A DNA stretch of 64,000 bases from NCBI GenBank assembly GCA_963704365.1, contig OY969899.1, positions 792,121 to 856,120 on the forward strand, read 5' to 3'. A program made the translations under genes and the position numbers. Shown here one piece after another: positions 9,465 through 18,371 of this stretch. The DNA is from Parachlamydiales bacterium. GTDB taxonomy: Bacteria; Chlamydiota; Chlamydiia; Chlamydiales; JAJFMK01. Below the pieces are notes generated by a model. It saw only the letters and a list, made by a program, of their open reading frames with translations. It was not told the origin of the DNA and did no database searches. Position 1 is the stretch's first letter. The number at the start of each line of letters is the position of its first letter.

Positions 9465-9932
9465 ATGGATAAATTTCAATTTTTAGGACATTGGAATCAG
9501 ATTAAAGGTAAACTTAAAGCAAAATTCGGAAAATTAACAGATGATGATCTGATCAAACTGAGTGGTAAAAAGGACGAGCTGATTGGAAAGTTGCAAACCC
9601 TCTATGGCGTAAATAGAGAAAAAATTGAGCATCAGCTAAGAGAACTTGAAAACGCCTATTATTCTGAAGCGTTACGCAACGATTGGAATCAACTTCTGAC
9701 ACACTTAAAGAAAAAATGGAACGCGCTGACTGAAGATGATATCAAGCGGATAAAGGGAAACAGCGATCAACTTCTTTCTCAACTGCAAGAACGGTACCAC
9801 CTAAACCGAGCAAAAGCAGAGGAAGAATTCCACGCTTTTATTGAATCGTTAAGCTCTACTCTCCCTAAAGAAAAAGTAGGTGCAGGAGTACAAGAAAAGG
9901 GACATTCTCACGGAAAAGAGTACAAAAGATAA
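9465..9932 (+). CDS. CsbD-family stress protein (two CsbD-like repeats)
   Basis: Two copies of the K-G-K-x-K-x-x-x-G-K-L-T-D-D-D / G-x-x-D-x-L-x-G-K-L-Q-x-x-Y-G pattern. RBS agggggA lies upstream. Confidence 0.85.
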   Translation: MDKFQFLGHWNQIKGKLKAKFGKLTDDDLIKLSGKKDELIGKLQTLYGVNREKIEHQLRELENAYYSEALRNDWNQLLTHLKKKWNALTEDDIKRIKGNSDQLLSQLQERYHLNRAKAEEEFHAFIESLSSTLPKEKVGAGVQEKGHSHGKEYKR

Positions 9933-9980
9933 TCTAGAACGCAATGGGTCGTAGGTTTTAACCTTACTGCCTGAGAATTA

Positions 9981-10010
9981 GCCTCTTCTTTTGAGAAGAG
10001 GCTTTTCTAT
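9981..10010 (+). terminator. rho-independent terminator after the CsbD-like gene
   Basis: 9-bp stem gcctcttct/agaagaggc with loop tttg, followed by ttttctattt. Confidence 0.6.
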
Positions 10011-10214
10011 TTCAAACTACAAAAAACTTGTAAACCGACATCGAACACCTCTATTTTTAGCCTTTCAATGCATCAAGAAAGATGATTTGCGCCAGGACTC
10101 GAAGCTTGCAAACCGAGGGGTGAATACATGCAAAAGGATAATGATTTGGAAAAATTTTACAACTTATCGAGTTTAAGCTAATTTTTCTTAGATATTCGAA
10201 GGGTAAGGTTCCAG

Positions 10215-11201
10215 ATGTTTTTGCTAAAGATCATTTTTTTTCTAATCGCTTTTTCCTCACTATCCTCTCATGAGGTGCCACTTAACATTGTGATTATAGG
10301 AGGAGGGCCTGCCGGACTTGCAACAGCTCTTGAAGCAAAATCTGCCGGGGCAAACGTCACAATCATTGAAAAAAGGGAAGGTTATGACAGAGAGCGATTC
10401 ATCTTTCTTCTTGAGCCTACTCTAAATTTTCTAGATAAATGGGAAGTCTCAATTCCAAATTTAATCATTTTTGATGGAGAAAAAAAAACTGGGCTAACAA
10501 ATATTAAAGAATTGGAAACCGCTCTTTTTCAAAGAGTAAAAGCTTTCGGGATTCCAAAGATCTTGGGAGAATTTAAAGAGCTTAGAGATAGAAAAGCTAT
10601 CATTCTACAACAAAATAAAATAGTAGAACTAGCCTACGATCTTCTTGTAGGAGCAGATGGACCCCATAGCACTACCCGAGATTTTTTAGATGTCGGTACA
10701 AAAAAATATGGGCAGGCTTTTGGCTCAATTTCTATTCTCCCCTTTCCTAGAAGTGAAAAATTAGAATTTATTCTTCCCTTTAAACATGGGGCCATTTTCA
10801 TTAATAAGATTGTCGTTCCGATTGGAACTATCTTTGCTATCCAGGGGAAAGAACTTTCAAAAGAGATGATCTGTGCTGCATTGATAGACTTAGGTTGGAC
10901 AGAAGAAGCATTATCCCTCTCTTCTAACAAAGGAATGTACATGGATCATATTGAAGTAGCGCTACAACAGTCGGCCACCTTTTCGAATACAAAGGAATCG
11001 GCGATTATCTTAGGCGATGCAGCAGCTTCAGCCAGTTTTTTACGAGGGATGGGTGCCAATTGTGCGATTGAAGAGGCTATGATTGCTGGTCATCTTTTCA
11101 AAACTGAACTCAATCCATCGGACTTTTCAGCCTTCAATGAAGCCATGCAAAATATTACAGATAAATTTATTGAAGATAGCGCCTTTCTTTTTAATGAATG
11201 A
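10215..11201 (+). CDS. FAD-dependent monooxygenase/oxidoreductase with N-terminal signal or anchor
   Basis: Motifs IIGGGPAGLATA (GxGxxG), GADGPHSTTR (DG) and ILGDAAAS...G.G.N.AIEEA (GD) are typical of flavoprotein monooxygenases. Confidence 0.85.
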   Translation: MFLLKIIFFLIAFSSLSSHEVPLNIVIIGGGPAGLATALEAKSAGANVTIIEKREGYDRERFIFLLEPTLNFLDKWEVSIPNLIIFDGEKKTGLTNIKELETALFQRVKAFGIPKILGEFKELRDRKAIILQQNKIVELAYDLLVGADGPHSTTRDFLDVGTKKYGQAFGSISILPFPRSEKLEFILPFKHGAIFINKIVVPIGTIFAIQGKELSKEMICAALIDLGWTEEALSLSSNKGMYMDHIEVALQQSATFSNTKESAIILGDAAASASFLRGMGANCAIEEAMIAGHLFKTELNPSDFSAFNEAMQNITDKFIEDSAFLFNE

Positions 11202-11378
11202 CGGCAGCTATACCCCCTTTTACTCCAAGCGCTTCGCGGGAAAAAACAAAAATTAAATGCACTTAGAAGTGAATAACTCTTTTTTCCCTAGAGGTCGAAT
11301 TATATTGAAAATTTTATATAACAAAAAAACATTTAGTCATATAATTATAAGTAATTATAATTTATAAGGATAATAAAT

Positions 11379-12233
11379 ATGACAATCAACTTATCTCCTA
11401 CTGTTCAATTTTTTCGGCAAGGTCATGAAACCTTAATGCCAGATCCAGAATTTGATAATATAATAAATGCCATAAGAGATGAAAACAACACGGTTTCAAC
11501 TTCCCGCATTGTTAATAATTTTTCAAGCTACGTAGATGCCAATCCCACATCACTCCATCTAAGAAGATTAAAGGCAGAAGATTTTTTTATAATGGCACAA
11601 GGTGTAACTCATGGAATTTTAAAAGATAAATTGTTAGCCGCAGCGCAAAAACTGGTCGATCTCAACTCCCTAGAATTTACCTGTAAGCAGAGTCTTCCAG
11701 AGCACCAGAACTTGATCACCTTAATCGGATCACCAACGGTAGAAACTGCAAAGGATTGTTTTGATAGAACTTTTACCTCCATTGAAACGCTTTATAACAA
11801 CAATTCATCTTTTAGACGGACTTCTACCTCGATAAAGGCCCTTCAGGAAGAATTTGGCAGACCTTTACTCGAAGGAGATATGGCTCTTCTATTTATGGCA
11901 AGCGTCGGTCGCACTCCTATAGACGACATTGAACGCTATAGCAATTTGCAGAAAAAAGTTACCGCTATGTTTGATAAGATTTATGAAGCTCTCCCCTTCT
12001 GTTTCAGGTCTAAAGAACAACAATCTATAGCCTCAAGGAGGGTCTTCACCTATTTGCAATACAGCGAAGTAAACCCTACCCCTACTACCCCTATCTCAAC
12101 CACTGATGACAGTGAACCCTCCACTCCCCGCTCAACCACTAACAGTGTATTTTATGCAGACTTACAATGGCGCCGTGGAAGTGCGACCAACAGTGTTTTT
12201 GAGCTGGTATTTACTGAGAAAAAGTGCTCATGA
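11379..12233 (+). CDS. hypothetical protein, paralogue of the N-terminal ~200 aa of 12381..14162
   Basis: MTINLSPTVQFFRQGHETLMPDPEFDNIINAIR.. aligns with MSFNLSPNSAPTLRFVRAGHQSLTNDPDFEEMISGIR.., and collinear similarity continues further in. The S/T/P-rich tail contains RRGSAT. Confidence 0.7.
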   Translation: MTINLSPTVQFFRQGHETLMPDPEFDNIINAIRDENNTVSTSRIVNNFSSYVDANPTSLHLRRLKAEDFFIMAQGVTHGILKDKLLAAAQKLVDLNSLEFTCKQSLPEHQNLITLIGSPTVETAKDCFDRTFTSIETLYNNNSSFRRTSTSIKALQEEFGRPLLEGDMALLFMASVGRTPIDDIERYSNLQKKVTAMFDKIYEALPFCFRSKEQQSIASRRVFTYLQYSEVNPTPTTPISTTDDSEPSTPRSTTNSVFYADLQWRRGSATNSVFELVFTEKKCS

Positions 12234-12270
12234 AAGGCCTTTAGTCTAATAACCATCCTATCAAAACTTG

Positions 12271-12304
12271 TCCTTAACTGGCGCTAGCTAGCGCCAGTTA
12301 AGGA
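12271..12304. terminator. perfect 34-nt palindrome between convergent paralogues (candidate bidirectional terminator)
   Basis: tccttaactggcgctagctagcgccagttaagga equals its own reverse complement. Confidence 0.5.
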
Positions 12305-12380
12305 CCTCTATCACTGGAGTTTTCTGAAAAATCAATAGTAGCGTTAGGCACACTTTCAAGAAAATAAAGTTGGTTAGGTT

Positions 12381-14162
12381 TTATATTTTCTTTTCAGTAT
12401 TCTTTAACGCGCTGCTACTAAAAGTATTTGCTCGGCGGATCCCAAGATTGGCTCCGCCACTGGCCGCGCTTGAAGTGCTCGCGACAGGTGTTGTATTGCT
12501 TGGCACGCTACCTACAGTATCTGAGCGGCTGCGACCAAAAGGTTTACCGCCTAGGTCTCTAGGGTCTCTGACTGGGGTGTTCGGGACAAGTGTTGCTTCG
12601 GTTGATATGGCACTAGCAGCACTTGGGCGACGTTCAATAATGACGCTGCTGCGAGGTGTGCTTGAGATGCTCGCGACAGATATTACATTGCTTGACACGC
12701 TACCCACAGTTCCTGAGCGGCTGCGACTAAAAGGTGTACCGCCTAGGTCTCTAAGGCCTCTGACTGGGGTGTTCGGGACAAGTGTTGCTTCGGTTGATAT
12801 GGCACTAGCAGCACTTGGGCTACGTTCAATAATGACGCTGCTGCGAGGTGTGCTTGAGATGCTCGCGACAGATATTACATTGCTTGACACGCTACCCACA
12901 GTGCCTGAGCGGCTGCGACCAAAAGGTTTACTGCCTAGGTCCCTAAGGTCCCTGACTGGGGTGTTCGGGACAAGTGTTGTTTCGCTTGACATGGTACTAG
13001 CAGCACTTGGGCGACGTTCAATAATGACGCTGCTACGAGATGTGCTTGAGGTGCTCGCGACAGATATTACATTGCTTGACATGCCATTAAAAGTATGTGA
13101 GCGATTGCGGCCAAAAGGTGCATCGTTAAGGTGAATGGCTTGGATGTTCGGGGCAAGTGTTGCATTGCTTGGCACGTGGCTAATTGTATTTGAACGGCTG
13201 CGGCCAAAAATTGCGCTATTACGAGCCGTGCTTGTAGTAGCTGGTGAAAGCGTTCCGTCGCTTCCCTCGCTTCCATCACTAGTTGTCGGGCTACTAACAA
13301 TTCTTGTGTCGTCAAAAGATACGCTGCTGCAGGCCGTGCTTGGCGTGTGCAGAGCACTACCTCCAATAAATCGAGTTGAAAAGTCACTAGCTTCACTAAA
13401 ACTGCGCACATGCTTTGGGAAAAACTCGGTGCTGCTGAAGGTGGTTGGAGTGGTAGGTACATTGTGAGTTCTCAAAATATTATAAACACGCAACCAGGCA
13501 GGACTCTTTCCAGGAGGGTAAAATACATGATTAAATGAGGTATAAAACTCAGCAAATATCGCATTGACTCTTAGCTGCAACTCGTTATTTTGTGCAATTT
13601 CGTCTACAGTTACTTGACCTGCTCTTTGTAAAAATTGCAGAGCAATGTCTATTTCAAGAAAAGGAGTGCCAAATTTTTCCATTTCGATTTCCAAAGAGGA
13701 AGAAACCACACTGGTCGAGGGTGGATTGGCGCAAAGAGCTTCAATCTTTGCACCAGTCTTTTTAAACAAATCTCTTGCATTTTCTATCTTTGGGCTTTCA
13801 ACAAGTTGAAGCAGAGTTTGTTGCTCAGATTTTTTCATGGTGAAAGCCAGAACATTTTTTTCGATTAGCTCTTTTATTTTCTCAATAAGTTTTCCTTTTA
13901 AACGGAGATTTTCCGTCCCTGGTAAAGCTTCTCCCATTACAAAAAAATCTTCAGCCGTTAAAAGACACAAATGGGGGGAATCAGGCTTCATCCCGACATA
14001 GAACAAAAAACTTTTGACGACCTCGATGATCTTGGTTGTTCTTTTCGGGTGTCTTATGCCACTGATCATCTCTTCAAAATCAGGATCGTTCGTTAAGGAT
14101 TGATGACCCGCTCGTACGAAACGAAGGGTCGGCGCTGAGTTAGGGGATAGATTGAAAGACAT
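12381..14162 (-). CDS. repeat-containing S/T-rich protein (candidate secreted effector)
   Basis: 593-aa ORF. The N-terminal domain is paralogous to 11379..12233. The C-terminal half consists of 64-aa tandem repeats carrying F(G/S)R(S/N)RSxT. Confidence 0.8.
   Translation of the reverse strand: MSFNLSPNSAPTLRFVRAGHQSLTNDPDFEEMISGIRHPKRTTKIIEVVKSFLFYVGMKPDSPHLCLLTAEDFFVMGEALPGTENLRLKGKLIEKIKELIEKNVLAFTMKKSEQQTLLQLVESPKIENARDLFKKTGAKIEALCANPPSTSVVSSSLEIEMEKFGTPFLEIDIALQFLQRAGQVTVDEIAQNNELQLRVNAIFAEFYTSFNHVFYPPGKSPAWLRVYNILRTHNVPTTPTTFSSTEFFPKHVRSFSEASDFSTRFIGGSALHTPSTACSSVSFDDTRIVSSPTTSDGSEGSDGTLSPATTSTARNSAIFGRSRSNTISHVPSNATLAPNIQAIHLNDAPFGRNRSHTFNGMSSNVISVASTSSTSRSSVIIERRPSAASTMSSETTLVPNTPVRDLRDLGSKPFGRSRSGTVGSVSSNVISVASISSTPRSSVIIERSPSAASAISTEATLVPNTPVRGLRDLGGTPFSRSRSGTVGSVSSNVISVASISSTPRSSVIIERRPSAASAISTEATLVPNTPVRDPRDLGGKPFGRSRSDTVGSVPSNTTPVASTSSAASGGANLGIRRANTFSSSALKNTEKKI
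12450..13215. repeat. tandem repeat, 192-bp unit, ~4 copies (coding, inside 12381..14162)
   Basis: Unit starts (ggt[tg]ta.. after ..gcg[ag]c[ct]aaaa) at 12541, 12733, 12925 and 13117, exactly 192 nt apart. The two central copies differ at only ~6 positions by eye. Partial units lie at both ends. Confidence 0.9.
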
Positions 14163-14336
14163 CGTTTTAATCCATTGTAATGGGTATTCCTAACGAATAT
14201 ATAATTATTGGGAATTTTTAGTTACTTCAAAAATGGGGATGCACGGGCAGCAATGGAAGCGCCCTCAAGAAATAGATGAAATTTATGGTTTTTTCGTCAA
14301 TTTCTCAACAGCGCTTATTAGAATTTAGGGCATCTA

Positions 14337-16163
14337 TTAAATTAAATAATTTGAAATTTCTTCAGGAATAACGGTTTTGAGGATACCGGCCTCTTGCAGA
14401 TGGTGCTCGGCCAACTCAAACATCCTTTGCTCAATTTGAGCGTCACACTTAGCGATGTCTGCCAGCATCTTTTCAGGATCTTTGACTTCAAGTGTTGCAT
14501 CCTCTTTTTCAGCACTCAATTTGCTTATGACGGGATCTTTGAGCACAGATGTCTGAAATAAGAGATTCTTTGCAACAAAATGGATCACAGCTTCAGGATC
14601 CATCCAATGTGTTAAGAAGGATTGAACTGTCTGACCATGGGGGACCAAGTGAGCATGATGACCTTCTCCTAAACGGTGTAACCAACAGGCCGGATATCCA
14701 CTTGTGTGTTCAAAATGGGGAAATCTTGCAGAACAGCCTGCTCCACCCAAAATGTCATTGAGCCTACGGTACATGGTAGCCACCTTTTCCCGATTTTCAT
14801 TGCCTACACCGAAATAGCTGAAGTGATCAGCTGGAATATTAGCCTGATAATTTCTCACAAGACTGTGGAGCAGGTCTCTCATCGTCCCCTCAGGATTTGT
14901 TTTTACATCTAAAACTTCGAGAGCTTCATCCACTTGTCGGTTTACATCTACAAGCCACGTGGGACAAGCAGGATGGGTCATATCTATATGAGTCGGCCTT
15001 AGGAATTGAGCTAATTGAGGAAATTGATCCGTTTCGTTTCGTTCCTCCATTCCTTTAAAACGGTCGAGTAACTGGTCCAATTTGGCTGATTGTGCCTCAA
15101 GCTTCGGCAAGCTAAGAAAATCAATAGTAGCGTTATTAAAACGTGCAATTACATTTAAAATTTTTTCGACAGATTCCTCGTATAGACTTATCACTTCCAG
15201 TCTTGATCGAAAAACTGCATCTAAAACAGCCCGACGGGTACTTTCATTTAATTGCTCGAACAACTGAGAATGGGGCAAACACTCCACAAAGTCTTCTTCA
15301 TCCAAGCTATTTCTAAAAACCCCTTTCCTTATTGCATCTATAAAGGGGGAAGTTTTTTGTCGAACACTTTCCCCTTCCATTTCGGATATCAGTCCTGCAA
15401 CACACTCAGCAAGTTGACCCGCAACTTCTCGATTAATATCTTTAATATTTGGAACTGTTTTTTGAACTAATAGAAAATAAAGTTGGTTAAATTTTTCCAG
15501 ATTTTCTCTGACAAGCTCCCTTTTTCTTTCTACACCACCTCTTTCTGCTCTTTCAGGCTCTATTTGAGGGATATCAACAACTCGTCCTGTTTTTGAAATT
15601 CCCTCTAAGATGGATCGATTCATAGCTGTCACTACTTCATCAAAAGGGTATAAATCCGTCGTAGAAGCATGGTATGTTTCATCATCAAGCCAGATATTAA
15701 AAGCTGTGTCATTTTCAATGATTGCTAATCTACTTTTGGCTGTAGCCCGGATAGCTTGACTTGCCTCTGCAACGGTCTTTTTTGAACCAACTCCTTCATT
15801 TGGCGACTCTGGTGTGACTGAACGTGTTATAGATCCACTTACAGTACCCGTATGCTCTGCAATTTCTTTTATCGCAAGAATGATCATATTTGGATCAAAT
15901 TGGGGCATCGTTTCCCCTTTTACAACAATAGCACGACACTTTACGAGATCGCTTTGTAGCTTACCGGCCTCAATTCCCGAAAAAAAATCTTTATTAGACT
16001 CCCAAAACTCTTTAACGCTGGCGGAAACATTCTCATCTATCTTATTTTCAGCATCTTGAGCAGACCACATTAAGATTGTAGTTGCCGTGTTAGTATCTAT
16101 CTCTGTGCCAGTTAAATAACGAGCAAATCTGCCGAGCACATCCTCTGGAATACCACCACCCAT
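14337..16163 (-). CDS. hypothetical protein (608 aa)
   Basis: Long uninterrupted ORF with normal composition. No domain recognised. The C-terminal region is His-rich (GEGHHAHLVPHG). Confidence 0.7.
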   Translation of the reverse strand: MGGGIPEDVLGRFARYLTGTEIDTNTATTILMWSAQDAENKIDENVSASVKEFWESNKDFFSGIEAGKLQSDLVKCRAIVVKGETMPQFDPNMIILAIKEIAEHTGTVSGSITRSVTPESPNEGVGSKKTVAEASQAIRATAKSRLAIIENDTAFNIWLDDETYHASTTDLYPFDEVVTAMNRSILEGISKTGRVVDIPQIEPERAERGGVERKRELVRENLEKFNQLYFLLVQKTVPNIKDINREVAGQLAECVAGLISEMEGESVRQKTSPFIDAIRKGVFRNSLDEEDFVECLPHSQLFEQLNESTRRAVLDAVFRSRLEVISLYEESVEKILNVIARFNNATIDFLSLPKLEAQSAKLDQLLDRFKGMEERNETDQFPQLAQFLRPTHIDMTHPACPTWLVDVNRQVDEALEVLDVKTNPEGTMRDLLHSLVRNYQANIPADHFSYFGVGNENREKVATMYRRLNDILGGAGCSARFPHFEHTSGYPACWLHRLGEGHHAHLVPHGQTVQSFLTHWMDPEAVIHFVAKNLLFQTSVLKDPVISKLSAEKEDATLEVKDPEKMLADIAKCDAQIEQRMFELAEHHLQEAGILKTVIPEEISNYLI

Positions 16164-16373
16164 ACTAAAGCTCCTTGTCTATAGAGTTAGACTAACAAGG
16201 AAAAATTAAATATATATTCAGATGAATTTTATTTAACTAATTGAATTTTAACAAATTCAATAGAGATTTAAATAAAATTAACAGTTCAAAGGCTGGAAGA
16301 TGTGAATAAATAACTTAAGCCCGCTTGGAGCTGGAAGGGTGAGCCACCTGTAAGCACATCCTTCATGAAACAG

Positions 16374-17228
16374 CTAATGCAAAATCGATGCTTTAGTCTC
16401 TTCTTTGATCTTTTTAAGGTGGATGCAACACAAAATGTACAGAGCCCAAGCAACATTAGGGGTTAAAAACGAAATGAGGAATGGAATGACATTCATTTCG
16501 CCGATTGCCATTTTAGTGAATTCTAAAAAGATAACAATGATTTGTAGAGGCCATGCCATTAGAATCCAAGTATTAAGATTAATGCTCTCTTTTTTATAAG
16601 TGAAAAAACAAAACCATCCACCTACAGATAAAAAAACAATGGAAGTGGAGACAACCCATAGATAAAGACCAGAGTCTATAAGAAGTTTTTCGCCCACTTC
16701 CTGCTGATAAATTGAACGGAAAATCTGCTCTTTTGAATAGCCTTTATCCAAGTAAAGGCCCATTTCCTTCTTAAATTTTTCATCTCCCCTCAAAAGGGTA
16801 TTGAATTTTTCCCTCGCATATATTTCCTCGACGCTAAAAAAGGAGAACAGTAACGAAAGAGCAGCACTGACAATAAAAGAAGATAACCACAGTTTTCTTG
16901 CCCTTTGTTCCCTTTCTTTCGGAGGTAAAGTTGAAACAGTTGATTGAGCAGGGACTTTTTCTCCTAATAAAAAGGCCCGTTTAACTTTGTAAGTTTTTAA
17001 AATTTCGTCGTAAAATTTTGGGTTTGCAGACAATGTTTCATGAAAGGTCATGTCCAAAGCTGCTATATCACTGGAAGCGTCCATCTGGTTAAAAACTTTA
17101 TCTAGAGCGAGTTTATCATTAACCTCCTTCTCCTTTTTCTTCTTTGAGGAAAAATTCTTAAAGAAAAGTCTCACACAGGCAATCCCTATCAAAACTACAA
17201 TTACATATCCCTCTTTCATCCAAAACAC
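16374..17228 (-). CDS. hypothetical multi-pass membrane protein
   Basis: 284-aa ORF with an N-terminal TM segment, a K/E-rich linker and about five further hydrophobic segments. Confidence 0.6.
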   Translation of the reverse strand: MFWMKEGYVIVVLIGIACVRLFFKNFSSKKKKEKEVNDKLALDKVFNQMDASSDIAALDMTFHETLSANPKFYDEILKTYKVKRAFLLGEKVPAQSTVSTLPPKEREQRARKLWLSSFIVSAALSLLFSFFSVEEIYAREKFNTLLRGDEKFKKEMGLYLDKGYSKEQIFRSIYQQEVGEKLLIDSGLYLWVVSTSIVFLSVGGWFCFFTYKKESINLNTWILMAWPLQIIVIFLEFTKMAIGEMNVIPFLISFLTPNVAWALYILCCIHLKKIKEETKASILH

Positions 17229-17409
17229 CTCTCAACAAATTGAAAATTTTACAGTTTATTAACAAAATCAGCAACGATTTGCTAAACATAAGGTGATGGC
17301 ATTGAAAAAGAAGAACTTACGTTAGAAAATATTTCATCACAAACAACGTTAGAAAGTGATGTTTATTAATTAAATAATTGATAGTTTAAAAATAAACAAG
17401 GGGTGAAAA

Positions 17410-17787
17410 ATGTCATTAGTTCTCGCAAAAATTCTTGGATTATATCTTTTGGCGATAGGAATCGCATTCATAATAAATCCGGATCGTTTTAGAAAATTTT
17501 GTGCACAGGCAACAAAAGATGAGAACACCCTATTTTTTGGGGGAATGTTTGCTCTACTGTTCGGCGCGATTGTGGTGGGTATTCACAACGTTTGGGTCAT
17601 AGGTTGGCCCTTGATCATTACACTGTTAGGATGGTGGGGCGTCATTAAAGGTTTTGGCCTATTAATTAGTGAGAAGTTCATTAAAATCTTCTCATTTATT
17701 CAAAGCAGATCAAATCTGTTCTACAGAACTATCAGCGCCGTATACATATTAATTGGTTTATTTCTCGCCTATAAAGGTTGGAGTTAA
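17410..17787 (+). CDS. small membrane protein (4 TM)
   Basis: 125 aa with four hydrophobic segments. RBS aaggggtgaaaaATG. Confidence 0.65.
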   Translation: MSLVLAKILGLYLLAIGIAFIINPDRFRKFCAQATKDENTLFFGGMFALLFGAIVVGIHNVWVIGWPLIITLLGWWGVIKGFGLLISEKFIKIFSFIQSRSNLFYRTISAVYILIGLFLAYKGWS

Positions 17788-18371
17788 TTAATAAAACGGC
17801 TTTGCTACAAGAGCTCCTTTTCGCTTTTGCGATTTTACCAGCGTCTAGTTGAAATGCGCAATTTCAATTAGATGCTGGTATAGGAGCTCTAACCCTCACC
17901 ATAACGCAATCGTGGTCAAAGTCGACTTTTCTCTACCTTCCACCTCTTTCAATCAGTTGAATGATGAGGTTACAAGTTTTTCTTAAGCACGGGGATGTGC
18001 CGAAGGCGCTTCTCCATCGCTCGGGACTTATGCTTTTGACCCAGTTTCACCCGGAGATGTACTTCATCAAGGAAGTTGAGGGGGAACTAGACTCTCCCAT
18101 CGTGAAAAACAAAGCCTTCTTCGATTATTTCCTCAGACTTGCAGCTTTCAATCATGGGAACAGAGCTAACGTCGAGGCAGTCGGTTGAACCCAATTCGCG
18201 ACACTGTTTGGAGTGCCCTAACTCCTGTTTCGCTTTTATCAATATTTGTCCAAAAATGTTCTTAAAACATAGCGAAAGTGGACTTTGAGCACTCCAAACA
18301 CTAAAACGGCAAGTCATTATTTTTTGAATCTTTATTATAAATTAATACTTTAGCTGTTATGATATATCTTT

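Noticed and set aside
12370-13134. 254-aa plus-strand ORF inside the tandem-repeat region
   Set aside because: It is the antisense mirror of the 192-bp repeats of the minus-strand gene. The minus-strand frame continues into a non-repetitive N-terminal domain that has a paralogue, whereas the plus-strand product is only repeated L/R/G-rich text with no start context.
12450-13215. CRISPR array (this locus, or the hairpin loci at 22.6, 28.1 and 45.7 kb)
   Set aside because: The periodic repeats are contiguous 192-bp coding units without unique spacers. The hairpins are single inverted repeats, not direct repeats with spacers. No cas genes are present.
17961-18188. Glutamine-amidotransferase remnant (..LLTQFHPE.. 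in a 75-aa ORF)
   Set aside because: A single short motif is the only support and no flanking similarity could be read in any frame. This is too weak to call.
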